Notes: generated by a model from the letters alone, not told the origin. Counted from the stretch's first letter, positions 20,901-30,851 are shown. The stretch is DNA of 64,000 bases from a virus (IMGVR_UViG_3300028048_001412:45858-109857), one strand, 5' to 3'. A program made the numbers and translations.

Positions 20901-21974
20901 TTTTCCTTCTAATTCTTGAATAGTAGGAACATATCTATTTACTACACCCCAAATACCTAATCCTAAATAACCTCCTGATTTTTGAGGATTAAAGGCAGAA
21001 GTTGCATTTAAAGTATCATAATCATACATCATGTGAATAAGTCTATCCGCTTTTATATGATTACTATCAATTATAATTTCTTGTTCTTGAGTTAAAGAAT
21101 TATATTTAGTTCCATCTGCTGAATCTATATGTAATTCCCACCAAGCATTTTTCAATCTATTTGCTAATTCTAATGTTAATAAATTAAATCTTCCATTATA
21201 TAAAGTTGGATTCATTGCTGCAGGAACAATTATTTTACCTGGTATTTTTTCATCTCCAGATACACATATATTTCCACAAGCATCTAAATATAAAGGTTTA
21301 GAATCATCTGAATCTAATGATCCTCTTGAAAAAGAACAAAATGCTCCATATTCGCTACTATTTAAATCAAATACTTTAATTGAAGTATCATCTTTCAAAC
21401 TTTTAGCATATAAAGTAGTAGGAGTATATATTGAGGATCCAGAACCATGATCATTATAATATTGATAAAATAAACTCATTTGAGATGCTTTATTAGTTAA
21501 TCCTTCATCTGTATAAACCCATCTAGTAGCATCACCTGATTCAGCATCAGCTAAAGTATCTACTTTTAAAGATTGAATTCCACAAATAGTTTCAATATAT
21601 TGAGTAATTATATTTTGAGCTTCATCTGATACAGATCTAAATTTTGTATATTCATTGAATTTACCTTTAGAACCTTCAGAAGCACCTGGATCAAAAGCAG
21701 TAGTAAAACTATCTTTTCCAGGAGTAATAAAAGAAGATAGATATAAAAGCATACCTATATGATCTTCTTCTGATATTTCATAAATATCATTACCATTTTC
21801 AGATAATAAAGGTGAACCTTGTTTTAAAGAATTTATAGATAAAGTGTTTTTCTTAATAGAAGAACTTTCTTTCTTTATATCATCAGCCGCAAAAGCAGGA
21901 ACAATTAATAAGAAAGTAGATAAAACTACTAAACTTAAACTTATTAATCTTTTAAATAATCTATTTTTCATCAT
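17910..21974 (-). CDS. Extended VirB6/TcpH-like polytopic membrane protein
   Basis: Signal peptide, large extracellular domain, ~3 central TMs, second large loop, ~4-5 C-terminal TMs and a G/A-rich tail. Confidence 0.65.
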   Translation of the reverse strand: MMKNRLFKRLISLSLVVLSTFLLIVPAFAADDIKKESSSIKKNTLSINSLKQGSPLLSENGNDIYEISEEDHIGMLLYLSSFITPGKDSFTTAFDPGASEGSKGKFNEYTKFRSVSDEAQNIITQYIETICGIQSLKVDTLADAESGDATRWVYTDEGLTNKASQMSLFYQYYNDHGSGSSIYTPTTLYAKSLKDDTSIKVFDLNSSEYGAFCSFSRGSLDSDDSKPLYLDACGNICVSGDEKIPGKIIVPAAMNPTLYNGRFNLLTLELANRLKNAWWELHIDSADGTKYNSLTQEQEIIIDSNHIKADRLIHMMYDYDTLNATSAFNPQKSGGYLGLGIWGVVNRYVPTIQELEGKFTENSIKSKFCKQLYLNYLFMASGSDKYNPTGKPNDKGLKINTDFFNIEQINQLKSILESVKTVSKEEKTNGILDFIYTVVTTPFKIIDWLVGIINGLWNALYESVSDYKNTSRGINTNTIGFSTLDKLPWVSSLVDLIDNNIDWVIIIAFIVVMGLGILSRAPGKAFVRYIATLIILIFFPTIFNYFMQGANNLITKAFSLNQASWVLQYSQNWEKQNMNANTQYAQMYSQTQFESNSNLSYIQDKSPVVLNNGNEEVTSALSSGYFGRLFLGNIVKQYLRDNMVSGSMDEMFKRMTMLNYLYTEVGSDDLDLISSTQYYSNLFHSKSLKTASSQVADSGGFTPLVHNGEDSYMSYANKATRDIQTDNWKYLIMPEEENAEPGMYSPFATDLLTTLSTHKQNYILHSVSLNAPDWFSYKAENDSASGLDSAYDKYFAATSWNEESASPISRFNFYSTQKYDGDYGYFIGTENVIPYFYSVWWDTFAHCDAKDIGYLLQGYLDYSSEPSRDNNFKGTPEMVSIPDRNSSGGIDGFSQVSSRNSVLMNKSLIIDYVDLWTLFHNVVPYYYHMSLAATNHFGDAKIEDDYKIYKNNNKAWLFTANWAVKLMNAYCNEMNTDNVCEAHSLDINSKFEGLCQEFYAYLTPQIEDILESINNNGMSKDVIIRQLAILTALQFNKTFSIPGVQNYPQYIDIGSVNIDTLWKDLLATNGIAINPDFSASYNLMQESGHGFDMLLLALCSLVVCFLLPLVKIGASMALVFHVYICAAALPLRKNGSAWTFISGIFIAIFKVIFVFTLPTLVLLSFSTLKIGSKFNANVSLKLQIIIIAAVSIFAALAAINLLKVHIGIDPSTGRMNWGQFFDFGGEASLSNAASKLGKIGRVVGGAAFAMSGSGLAYNHLLKPGANAISNIPTAAVETVKNKAKLELAKSNVTGSGLARAMMGMDASARNQILSKEKMRLRQKAHDLNMSGKGSAAKEAYLKSKTIKSFSDSDI

Positions 21975-21986
21975 TTCACCTTAACC

Positions 21987-22331
21987 TTATCCTAGAATTC
22001 TATCAAATACTATAATTCTTGCTACTAATATAACTATAATTAAAAGAGTATTTTTAATCAATACTTTCTTAAATAATATCTTTGTAGCGGATTCTTCTCC
22101 ATAGGCTACAGCTTCTACAACTGATTTACCTACTATAAATTCTGCTACTTTAGAATTTTCCCAAGTATTTTGAATGAAAGGAATCATTATATAAATACCA
22201 GCTAATATACTAGCAATAAATATCCATATAATTGCTCCAACCATAACCATTCCTGTAATTATAGAAAGGTTTTTTAATATAGTATTTTCAAAAAACATCA
22301 TTATAGAAGATGCAAATTTAAATCTACCCAT
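21987..22331 (-). CDS. Small membrane protein, pilin/VirB2-like; paralog of 22422..23171
   Basis: ITGMVMVGAIIWIFIASILAGIYIMIP aligns with LLGVLLVIAWVFYIFTVFVNGAAVIIP. Confidence 0.6.
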   Translation of the reverse strand: MGRFKFASSIMMFFENTILKNLSIITGMVMVGAIIWIFIASILAGIYIMIPFIQNTWENSKVAEFIVGKSVVEAVAYGEESATKILFKKVLIKNTLLIIVILVARIIVFDRILG

Positions 22332-22379
22332 AAATTATTTTGAATCCTTTATATTTTTGTATTTAAATATATAAATAAG

Positions 22380-22408
22380 CAAAAAGAGCCTAATATTTCA
22401 TAGGCTCT
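22380..22408 (-). terminator. Rho-independent terminator after the pilin-like gene
   Basis: 8-bp stem AGAGCCTA/TAGGCTCT, 8-nt loop, followed by TTTT(G)CTT on the minus strand. Confidence 0.65.
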
Positions 22409-22421
22409 TAATCTTATTTTA

Positions 22422-23171
22422 TTAAGCTCCAAAGAACTTGAAGAATAGATTAGACATAAATTTGATTAAACCTACGAATAATCCATTTGTTAAACCTACT
22501 GTAATTATAATGAATATAAGTAATGTTCTTAATTCGTGCATTATCCATTTCTTACCTGGTTCTTCTTCTTCACCTGAACTCATTAATTTCTTTGTGTAAT
22601 TAGAATAAAATCTTGTTAAGAAACCTTTTGCTTTTTCTCCACCTGTTGCTCCTGAATCAGCTGCTGCATTTTGTGAAGAATCATACCAACCTGGAATTAT
22701 AACAGCGGCACCATTTACAAATACAGTGAAGATATAGAATACCCAAGCTATAACTAAAAGTACACCTAATAATACTTGTGCTAATGGCATTACTCCTGAA
22801 AGTCTTCCTACTGAATCTCCTAAATCAGGTTTAATATTTCCGAATATAGCATCTATATCTGAAATATCAGTTTTTGCTTGTCCAGCCATTCCTTTTAAAT
22901 CTTCGGCACCATCTTCGTCTATAATAGCTTCGCCATCTGAAAATTCATCTGCATCAAAATAATAAGTAACTCCATCAACTTTAGCAGAACCAACTTTACT
23001 TACTCCTGCATCTTTAGCTTCTGTTCTACTTTCATAAGTAGTAACATTTTTAGTTACACCTTTGTAAGTAATTTTTTCTGCGAATGCAATATTAGTTAAT
23101 AATAAGCATCCGAAAACGATTCCTAATAATAATCTTTTAAATTTCATCTGTTTTTCTCCTAATAAATTCAT
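22422..23171 (-). CDS. Signal-peptide-bearing pilin/VirB2-like membrane protein (true start probably ~23148, MKFKR)
   Basis: Signal peptide ending IAFA, acidic loop and TM helices; AGGAG RBS upstream of MKFKR. Confidence 0.65.
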   Translation of the reverse strand: MNLLGEKQMKFKRLLLGIVFGCLLLTNIAFAEKITYKGVTKNVTTYESRTEAKDAGVSKVGSAKVDGVTYYFDADEFSDGEAIIDEDGAEDLKGMAGQAKTDISDIDAIFGNIKPDLGDSVGRLSGVMPLAQVLLGVLLVIAWVFYIFTVFVNGAAVIIPGWYDSSQNAAADSGATGGEKAKGFLTRFYSNYTKKLMSSGEEEEPGKKWIMHELRTLLIFIIITVGLTNGLFVGLIKFMSNLFFKFFGA

Positions 23172-23182
23172 ATTAAATAATT

Positions 23183-23497
23183 TTAAAATAATTCCTTTTG
23201 AGTTATGTCGTATTTAGTAGTATCATCAGTATGTTTTTTAACGACATAATCAGTTAAATTAGTAACTATATATTGATCAACTAAAGCTTCACTACTATCA
23301 TCAGCTTTAGTTGTAATAAACTTTAAATTTGGTATTTTTTCATAGCACATATTTATTATTTTTAATGTTTGTGCTAATTTGGCTTCAAATGGAAGTAAAT
23401 CTTTTAATTCTCTTTCTTGTTCTTTTATAAATGCTTCTTTCGCTTTCTTCCTACGTTTAATTTCACCAATTGTCCATAATGTTTTTTCAAATATCAT
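23183..23497 (-). CDS. Small cytoplasmic hypothetical protein
   Basis: 104 aa with GGAGGAG RBS. Confidence 0.75.
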   Translation of the reverse strand: MIFEKTLWTIGEIKRRKKAKEAFIKEQERELKDLLPFEAKLAQTLKIINMCYEKIPNLKFITTKADDSSEALVDQYIVTNLTDYVVKKHTDDTTKYDITQKELF

Positions 23498-23499
23498 AA

Positions 23500-24633
23500 T
23501 TAATTAACTCCTCCGGCTTCTCTAATATCTTGAACTGCATCTTTTACTTGTCCTGGTAAATTTCCTGGTAATATTCCTCTAATCCAATTTATAAATTTCA
23601 TCATATAATTGATAAGTATTGCTTGTAATGAAGGAGAAGCCATAAAACATCCTAATAATAAAAGTAATACTGCACTACTTACATATACTGATCTAAACTT
23701 AAATGGATAAGGAATCAATCCTCCCTCTTTAGTATCTAATTCTGATTTATTTATAGCTCCAAATGATAACCAACCTGTTAAATATTTACCAAATATACCA
23801 ACTTCATCAATAATACCACATATGAATAATATAATGGCATAGAATACTAAACAGAAACCTAAAAATCTAATAATACTATACATTATATCTTTTATAATGT
23901 TTCCTTTCATTATATTTTCACGTTTAACTCTGGCTTCCATTACATCTTCATATCTTTGCATAGTAGGCTTATTAGTAAATGCTTTTCTAACTATATTTGC
24001 TAACTTTTTAAGATTTTCAATCCATTCAACCCATTCTTCAGTTTTACTATATTTTAATATTTTTAATTTTTCTTCAAATTCATCTAATAAAGAATCATTA
24101 CTTAAGAATTCATCATTTCCTTTTTCTTTAAGAGCCGTTCTAGCCATATAAATACCAAATAAATCAAATTGTGAACCATCGCCACCTATTGATTCTAATT
24201 TAGAAAAAGGATATATAGGACTAATTCCATTTTCAATAGTAGTAGTTCCATATGGATTTTCCCAAGTTTCACCTTGTCCTATACTTGATCCACCCGAATT
24301 AGTAGAAGCTGAATAATTTCCACTATCATAATCACTTTTAGATATAGGATTATCATTATCATCTACCCAACATCCATCACCATTTACTTTATATCCATCA
24401 GGAGTAGTAGTACTAGTTTGCAATATTCCTGAATTATCAAAGTAAAAACAATAAGTATCTCCATTATATCCGATCCATTTCCATCCTGTTACCCAAACCG
24501 GATTTAAATTAACATCTACTACATACCAATTTCCATTACTTTCTAACCATTGATATGCAAATGCTTCAAATGAAAAAGAGAAGCTTATTATTAAAGTAAA
24601 TAATAATATAAAATTCTTAATTTTTTTCTTCAT
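23500..24633 (-). CDS. Cell-wall-binding-repeat protein with C-terminal membrane module
   Basis: Signal peptide; QWLESNGNWYVV, GWKWIG, YCFYFDNSGIL, TTTPDGYKVNGDGCWVD; two C-terminal TMs. Confidence 0.8.
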   Translation of the reverse strand: MKKKIKNFILLFTLIISFSFSFEAFAYQWLESNGNWYVVDVNLNPVWVTGWKWIGYNGDTYCFYFDNSGILQTSTTTPDGYKVNGDGCWVDDNDNPISKSDYDSGNYSASTNSGGSSIGQGETWENPYGTTTIENGISPIYPFSKLESIGGDGSQFDLFGIYMARTALKEKGNDEFLSNDSLLDEFEEKLKILKYSKTEEWVEWIENLKKLANIVRKAFTNKPTMQRYEDVMEARVKRENIMKGNIIKDIMYSIIRFLGFCLVFYAIILFICGIIDEVGIFGKYLTGWLSFGAINKSELDTKEGGLIPYPFKFRSVYVSSAVLLLLLGCFMASPSLQAILINYMMKFINWIRGILPGNLPGQVKDAVQDIREAGGVN

Positions 24634-25816
24634 TTAATTTAGATTGCTCCTCTTTAAATTTATTTAAAAGTTCTTCGTCTATATCATCAGAATTTTTTCT
24701 TTCATTGGATATTTCAATATCTTCTATTTGTCTATTATCTCTCGTTTCTTCTTCCATTTGAGATATTAATTTTTCCATTTCTTCTTGTTCTTTTGCTAAT
24801 CTTTTTTCTCTTTGTTCTATTGTTTCACCCATTGTTTTCTTAACTAAAGTTTTTTCACAATCAGTTAAACAATAATTATCTCCCGTTTTATAATTTATTC
24901 TGTAATAATATTTAATATATTTATCATCTTCTATAGTTTCTATTACTATATTTATCCATTTATTATCCCAACTATAATTATTTATATCATCTTTTGAATT
25001 TTCAAATGTATCTATATTGGTAATCTTATCAATTTCTCCTAAAAATCTATAATCTGGATATTTTTCTAACCATTCGTCTGAAGGAATAAAATTATAATCA
25101 TATGTTTCAAATGGAGATTCTGGAAGTTCATAATCATAACCTTTTTTAATTAAACTTTCAAAAACCCCAGTTAATTTATCTTTTTCTACAGGAGTAAATT
25201 CAGATAAAGAATTATATAATAATATTAAATTGTTTATTTTATTATGATTATCTTTTTTTACTATTTCTACTTTATATAAAGCATCATATTCATTATCTAA
25301 AAATAAATACTTAACTTCTAATTGTTCTGTAAAATAATTAAAATATAAATTTATTATTTCATCATATGATAAATCTGATAATAAACCTGACATTTCATCA
25401 TAATTATCTAATATATTTTGAGTTACATAATATTTTGCATTTATACTATCTTTAGTCATTTTATCAAAATATTCTTCTTGAGAAACATCCAACATCCAAT
25501 TTCCATTTCTTTTACAAAGTTTTGGAAATACTGTTGTATTCCAAAGATCAGTAGAATACATAAATTTATCATCTTTAGAATTCCATTTTCTTTCAATATT
25601 TATTTCATCATCACTAGGTTCTATTTTATTTAAATCATCATAGTCTTTATTATTGAAATATTCATCTACTGTTTCTTCTTCAGTCTCTAATTCTATATTT
25701 ACAGGTTCATCAATAACTTTATCCACTACAAATCTATCTTGTTTAAGATAATATATAGTAAATATAGTAATTCCTATTCCTAAAATTAATAAAATTATGA
25801 TTATAATTCTTTTCAT
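24617..25816 (-). CDS. Bitopic acidic membrane protein (VirB8/TcpC-like topology; unproven)
   Basis: Single N-terminal TM and a large acidic extracellular domain; overlaps the next gene by 17 nt. Confidence 0.6.
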   Translation of the reverse strand: MKRIIIIILLILGIGITIFTIYYLKQDRFVVDKVIDEPVNIELETEEETVDEYFNNKDYDDLNKIEPSDDEINIERKWNSKDDKFMYSTDLWNTTVFPKLCKRNGNWMLDVSQEEYFDKMTKDSINAKYYVTQNILDNYDEMSGLLSDLSYDEIINLYFNYFTEQLEVKYLFLDNEYDALYKVEIVKKDNHNKINNLILLYNSLSEFTPVEKDKLTGVFESLIKKGYDYELPESPFETYDYNFIPSDEWLEKYPDYRFLGEIDKITNIDTFENSKDDINNYSWDNKWINIVIETIEDDKYIKYYYRINYKTGDNYCLTDCEKTLVKKTMGETIEQREKRLAKEQEEMEKLISQMEEETRDNRQIEDIEISNERKNSDDIDEELLNKFKEEQSKLNEEKN

Positions 25817-25836
25817 TTATTAACCTCTAGATATTT

Positions 25837-26730
25837 TTAATATGGCCATGTATTATTTATTTTCTTAACACTATACCATTCTTTACTTACTTGATTTGGA
25901 CCTTTATTGAATTTAATTTTTCCACCACTTACAGTTATATCATTATTTGTAACATTAACTACTTGATTAGTTGATGGGTTAGTTGCAGGCCAATGATATA
26001 TAGTTAATCCTGATTGATTTACTTTTGCCACCATCATTACATGTCCATTTGAACCAGAATTAAAATATAATATATCTCCAACTTCTAAATTAGTTACTTG
26101 ACTTATATTTTTATTTGAAAAATATTCTTTATTTATATTACCAGAAGTAAATCTAAATGAATTAGTAATAATATCTTGCGTTAATTGACTTTTATTTTTA
26201 ACTAACATATAATAGAAATATACAAAACAACTTCCAAATCCACTACAATCTGGTATAAATTTTGCAGATATTCCATTTAATTCACAATTAATTGCTGTTG
26301 CAGAAGCTCCACTTGAATAAGAGCCGTGTCTTCTATAAATAGTTTTTACATTTTCTAATACTTTGGATATATTCCACCCACTTGCTGAATTACTTCCACC
26401 AGGAGGAGTATTATATCTTTCACCTTTGGAATTTAATGCATATCCTTCGGAATCTATTTTAACTCCATCTATAGTAATATCTGTTTTTAAATGACCATTA
26501 GCATCAAAAGCCCAATAATAACCATCTAAATACCACCAATTACCTACACATTTATATACACCACTTCCATTATCAATTATTGCTCCTTTAGTCTCATCAT
26601 CCAAATTAACATAAGTTCCTGCATCTACATAATAAGACCAATGACCATCAGAATTATCAAATCCTTGAGCAAAACAATTAATGGAATTAAAACTTATTAT
26701 AACTAAAATTAAAAATAATAATTTTTTCAT
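25837..26730 (-). CDS. Secreted NlpC/P60-type peptidoglycan peptidase with cell-wall-binding repeats
   Basis: Signal peptide; WWYLDGYYWAFDANGHL repeat; catalytic PDCSG, GDILYF and GHVMMV motifs. Confidence 0.82.
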   Translation of the reverse strand: MKKLLFLILVIISFNSINCFAQGFDNSDGHWSYYVDAGTYVNLDDETKGAIIDNGSGVYKCVGNWWYLDGYYWAFDANGHLKTDITIDGVKIDSEGYALNSKGERYNTPPGGSNSASGWNISKVLENVKTIYRRHGSYSSGASATAINCELNGISAKFIPDCSGFGSCFVYFYYMLVKNKSQLTQDIITNSFRFTSGNINKEYFSNKNISQVTNLEVGDILYFNSGSNGHVMMVAKVNQSGLTIYHWPATNPSTNQVVNVTNNDITVSGGKIKFNKGPNQVSKEWYSVKKINNTWPY

Positions 26731-26752
26731 TTATAATCCTTCTATTATTAAT

Positions 26753-29068
26753 TTATGGTAATCTATATACTGGAGTTAAACTCATATTTTCTCCGCTATT
26801 ACTTGTTCCACCTACCGCATTTTCCCATCCTGGAATTTGTTGACCACTACCTATATCTACAATTGCACCTAGATTTAATCCTATTTGATTACTATATAAA
26901 TTATTTACTGGTTCTGATAAATAAGCAAAAGGTTTAGTTGCAGGAGTCAACCATAGATAATTATTTCCACCATCATATCTCATATTATCTTTATTGAGAT
27001 ATAATTTTCTACCAATAGGATATCTTACATCATTTTCTCCATTTGTATATAATGGATAATATTGTATTAATAATATATGCCCTGTATCTGCACAATAGAA
27101 ACTTTGTCCTACATCAAATGTTTTTCTTAATTCATCTTGTTGTTCTTGAGTTATAGTCATTACATCTGAATTAACATTATTTACATCTGAAACTTTATGA
27201 AATGTATCATCAAAGAAATCATATACATAAGTTCCATTTCCATCATCAGCCGGAACACTTGTAAACCCATTAGTTCCTATTTGACTTACTATATCAATTA
27301 CGCACCAAGTTTTAATTGCTTGATTTCCTTGTTCTGTATATATTGTATGATATCCTTGAGTTTCTGCTTCTTCTTGAGATTTTTGTAATTCTCTTTGAGC
27401 ATTAGGATTTATTTCATTTAATCTTAAGCAAGCGATTGGAATATTTGCAAATCTTATATAGAAATCAGTTCCTAAATTCTTATTTGGATTTGCATATGTA
27501 TTATTTATTAAATCTTCTAATATTCCATCTATTGTGAAATGTGAATTAGGAGAAAATTCTTTAGTGCTTAAATATAAATCGTTTGTTTTTAATTTTTCAT
27601 TTTGACTTTCTAATATAGCACTATTTGATATTGCAGTTCCTATTTTCTTTTTATTTGCACTGGTTACTGTTCCATCTGAATTATCTGCTATTTCATTATA
27701 ATCTCTTAAATTATTTCTAAATTCTTGTAATGCTCCTGATTGATTTGAATATGCATAATTTATAACTAATACATCTGTTCCTATTAATGAATCTCCTGTT
27801 CCCGTATTTGTTATATTTGTTTGAGCTGTTGGAGCACCTATTAATGTACTTTTTTCAGCTGTATTTATATTATTTTCTTCTAATAAATTTACACTATCTA
27901 CTCCTGATTGAATTAATGATATTAAAGCACTATGATTTCCTATATTATCTTGCCCTGAATTGCTTCCTAACATTTTCGCTTCATTCCATAACCAATTGTT
28001 ATAATGTATTGTATTTACAAGATGTGCATCAATGGTTACAACTAATTGATAAGTAGTTACTCCATCAGTTGTTCTAACTTGTTCTTGAACTTCTGTAATT
28101 TTAGATACTAATGCATATCTTCCAATATCAGCACATGCATTAACAAAATTAGCAATAGTATTATCTATATCAGCAGGTGGAGAAGGAAGAGATTCTTGAA
28201 ATCCGCTTTTCCAAACTGTTTTATAATCGCATTTATCTTCACTTTGAGAAGGATCAGAATTATCTATTTTTAATTTATCTTTCCATTTTAATTTAGGACT
28301 TTTGCCTACATTAAACCACCAACCATCTTTTGCTATATAATCATTTCCTCCATCGGCATCTTCTTTAGACATATATTTATAAAAATTTCCAGGCGTTGCT
28401 TGATCAGTGGATGTAACTAAAGATTTTTTTGATTTTATAAAAGCGTCAAATTCTGAAATATATAATTCCATAGAACTAGTAGGAATATCTTCTTTGAAAT
28501 ATCTATGATAATCAAATTTTAAAGATTTTCCTGCTTGAGTGATATTAGATCCTTGCAAACCTTCTATATTTGTATATAAATATGCAGATTCAACTTTTGC
28601 AGATCCTCTTTTTTGTTCTAGATTTTTAACTGCATTTTTTGAATCTACCATTATTTTAAAAACATTATATATTCTCATCAAATTAGTAGGACTTTGAATC
28701 CAAACTAAATTATTTATTAATTGATTTGCTGATTCTCCTGAAACTGCTGATTCATCTCCTGATAAATATTTTTTATAAAAATCTTGATTTTCCTCTAGAT
28801 TTTTTATATAAGTAGATATTTCCGGAATATCATTAGAAGATTGTAATCTATTAAATATTTGTTTATATTTTTTCCATTTTTCATCTATTTCTTGGCAATT
28901 AGCACTTGAAGAACCGTTTTTATCTACTTTAATAAGTTCAGGTAATGTTTTTTTCATCATTTCACCTACATCAATATTTACTGCACCACCTGAACAACCA
29001 GAAATGGATAACATTAATGTAAAAATACTAAATATAATAAATAATTTTTTCAAAAAGTTATTTTTCAT
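26753..29068 (-). CDS. Large lipoprotein
   Basis: Lipobox MLSISGC; 771 aa; N/T/S-rich. Confidence 0.75.
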   Translation of the reverse strand: MKNNFLKKLFIIFSIFTLMLSISGCSGGAVNIDVGEMMKKTLPELIKVDKNGSSSANCQEIDEKWKKYKQIFNRLQSSNDIPEISTYIKNLEENQDFYKKYLSGDESAVSGESANQLINNLVWIQSPTNLMRIYNVFKIMVDSKNAVKNLEQKRGSAKVESAYLYTNIEGLQGSNITQAGKSLKFDYHRYFKEDIPTSSMELYISEFDAFIKSKKSLVTSTDQATPGNFYKYMSKEDADGGNDYIAKDGWWFNVGKSPKLKWKDKLKIDNSDPSQSEDKCDYKTVWKSGFQESLPSPPADIDNTIANFVNACADIGRYALVSKITEVQEQVRTTDGVTTYQLVVTIDAHLVNTIHYNNWLWNEAKMLGSNSGQDNIGNHSALISLIQSGVDSVNLLEENNINTAEKSTLIGAPTAQTNITNTGTGDSLIGTDVLVINYAYSNQSGALQEFRNNLRDYNEIADNSDGTVTSANKKKIGTAISNSAILESQNEKLKTNDLYLSTKEFSPNSHFTIDGILEDLINNTYANPNKNLGTDFYIRFANIPIACLRLNEINPNAQRELQKSQEEAETQGYHTIYTEQGNQAIKTWCVIDIVSQIGTNGFTSVPADDGNGTYVYDFFDDTFHKVSDVNNVNSDVMTITQEQQDELRKTFDVGQSFYCADTGHILLIQYYPLYTNGENDVRYPIGRKLYLNKDNMRYDGGNNYLWLTPATKPFAYLSEPVNNLYSNQIGLNLGAIVDIGSGQQIPGWENAVGGTSNSGENMSLTPVYRLP

Positions 29069-29073
29069 TAAAA

Positions 29074-30138
29074 TTAAAGTCCTTTATCATTTATAAAATC
29101 TATAGAAACTATATCTAATAAATTATCTTTCAATAAATATATAGTTTGTTTCTTAATTCCTTGTTCTAAAGTTTTAATATGAGAAACTAATAATTTCTTC
29201 ATTTTAGAACCGTATATTTCACCTGATTTAATTATTCTAGTAGAAGTTCCATTATTTGAACTATATACATCTTTTCCACACTGATAATAAACTACATTAT
29301 TAAGTTTAATTCCTTTAACCTCATTGCATTTATTATTATTTAATGTAAAGAATATATCTTGAAATAATGAACTTTCTTTAACTTCTTTTCCGAAATCTTT
29401 CTTTCCAGAAACTCCTTCAATAAGTTCTTGTTTATATACTGAAAAGTTATAAGTATCTATAGTCTTATTTTCATTTATTTTAACATCTGAAGAATCTAAA
29501 TCTATAATCAATCCATTAGATTTATTAGTTCTACTTCCTCCACTATAACTAGGAATTATTTTATATTGAACATTTAAGTCTAAATCTAATATTGTATTAT
29601 TTTCAATTTCAGTGGGTTTAATATCTTGAAAATGTAAAATATCATCTAATTCTTTATATAACTTATTTTCATTTTCATCTATTGCTTCCCATAATTCAGG
29701 AAAACAATTTTTAATGAAATTCTTTCCTTGAGTCTTTAAATATTGAGAATATATTTGATAATTAGGTAAAGTCTTACAATCTTTCCAAGTAATACCACCT
29801 TTAGGTTTCTTCTCTGTTAAACTCCAGTTCTCACCTCTAAAACAAAGAATATTATTATCTTTAGATTCTACATATAATCCATCTTGAACTTTATAAGGAA
29901 TTCCTAACATTTCTCCTATAATGCAATATTTCTGAACATTTTCTATAGTTTGCATAATAGGATGTAAATTATCATAAATATTTCTATATGCTTCTATTGT
30001 TTTAGAAATACTTTTTGTAAAATCTAAATTATCGTGAATATTACTTAAAGTTATTTTCTTTAATTCTTTTCCATATAAATAATCAGAAAAGAAATCAATA
30101 TTTATAGATATTTGACTACCATTTATTAGTTTCTTCAT
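29074..30138 (-). CDS. Hypothetical protein
   Basis: 354-aa ORF in operon. Confidence 0.75.
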   Translation of the reverse strand: MKKLINGSQISINIDFFSDYLYGKELKKITLSNIHDNLDFTKSISKTIEAYRNIYDNLHPIMQTIENVQKYCIIGEMLGIPYKVQDGLYVESKDNNILCFRGENWSLTEKKPKGGITWKDCKTLPNYQIYSQYLKTQGKNFIKNCFPELWEAIDENENKLYKELDDILHFQDIKPTEIENNTILDLDLNVQYKIIPSYSGGSRTNKSNGLIIDLDSSDVKINENKTIDTYNFSVYKQELIEGVSGKKDFGKEVKESSLFQDIFFTLNNNKCNEVKGIKLNNVVYYQCGKDVYSSNNGTSTRIIKSGEIYGSKMKKLLVSHIKTLEQGIKKQTIYLLKDNLLDIVSIDFINDKGL

Positions 30139-30170
30139 TAAATAACTATTTTCCTTCTCAATTTTATGAA

Positions 30171-30851
30171 TTATGATTCAAAACACATTGTATTTCCATA
30201 AGTTTTATAACTATCTATATTGAATATTCCATTATTATATGCAGGGCCCATCTTTTTATAATGACCTACTACTTGATTTTCACAATATTGATCTTTAATT
30301 AATGCATCCCAAGTAGAATATTCTGGGTGATGATATCTATATTTTAATCCGTCTTGATATTCGAACATTTCAAACATTCTAGCTACTAACATTTTATTAA
30401 GAATATCAATATTTCTATATTGTGGATTTCCTTTCGAACATAAATCTAAAAATTTATTTGTAATTCCAGTATGACTAAATAAAAATTTTCCATCGGAGAA
30501 ACAATATTCTAACTTATAAAGATTATCTAATAACATAGAATTTGTTTTTTCACAACCGTCTTTAGAAAATCTTAAATCAAATTTCTGATCTTCTTTATAA
30601 TCTAAATATAATGCATCGTGATTTCCTACTAAAAGATGTACTCTTTCATCTTTTTCTTTAATATCTAAAAGATCAAAGAATCTTTTTATTTGTAAATCTT
30701 CATTGATATTTCTGTTACTAAAATAATCTCCTAGAAATATTATGTTACAATTTTCATCCCAAGCATTATAATTATGTAAAACTTCATCATATACTTTTCT
30801 TGGATCTTCTCCGTGTAAATCAGCTATTGCTATTGATTTCATTTCAATCAC
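30171..30851 (-). CDS. Calcineurin-like metallophosphoesterase
   Basis: ADLHG, FLGDY, VGNHD, FSHTG and VVGH metal-binding motifs. Confidence 0.92.
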   Translation of the reverse strand: MIEMKSIAIADLHGEDPRKVYDEVLHNYNAWDENCNIIFLGDYFSNRNINEDLQIKRFFDLLDIKEKDERVHLLVGNHDALYLDYKEDQKFDLRFSKDGCEKTNSMLLDNLYKLEYCFSDGKFLFSHTGITNKFLDLCSKGNPQYRNIDILNKMLVARMFEMFEYQDGLKYRYHHPEYSTWDALIKDQYCENQVVGHYKKMGPAYNNGIFNIDSYKTYGNTMCFES

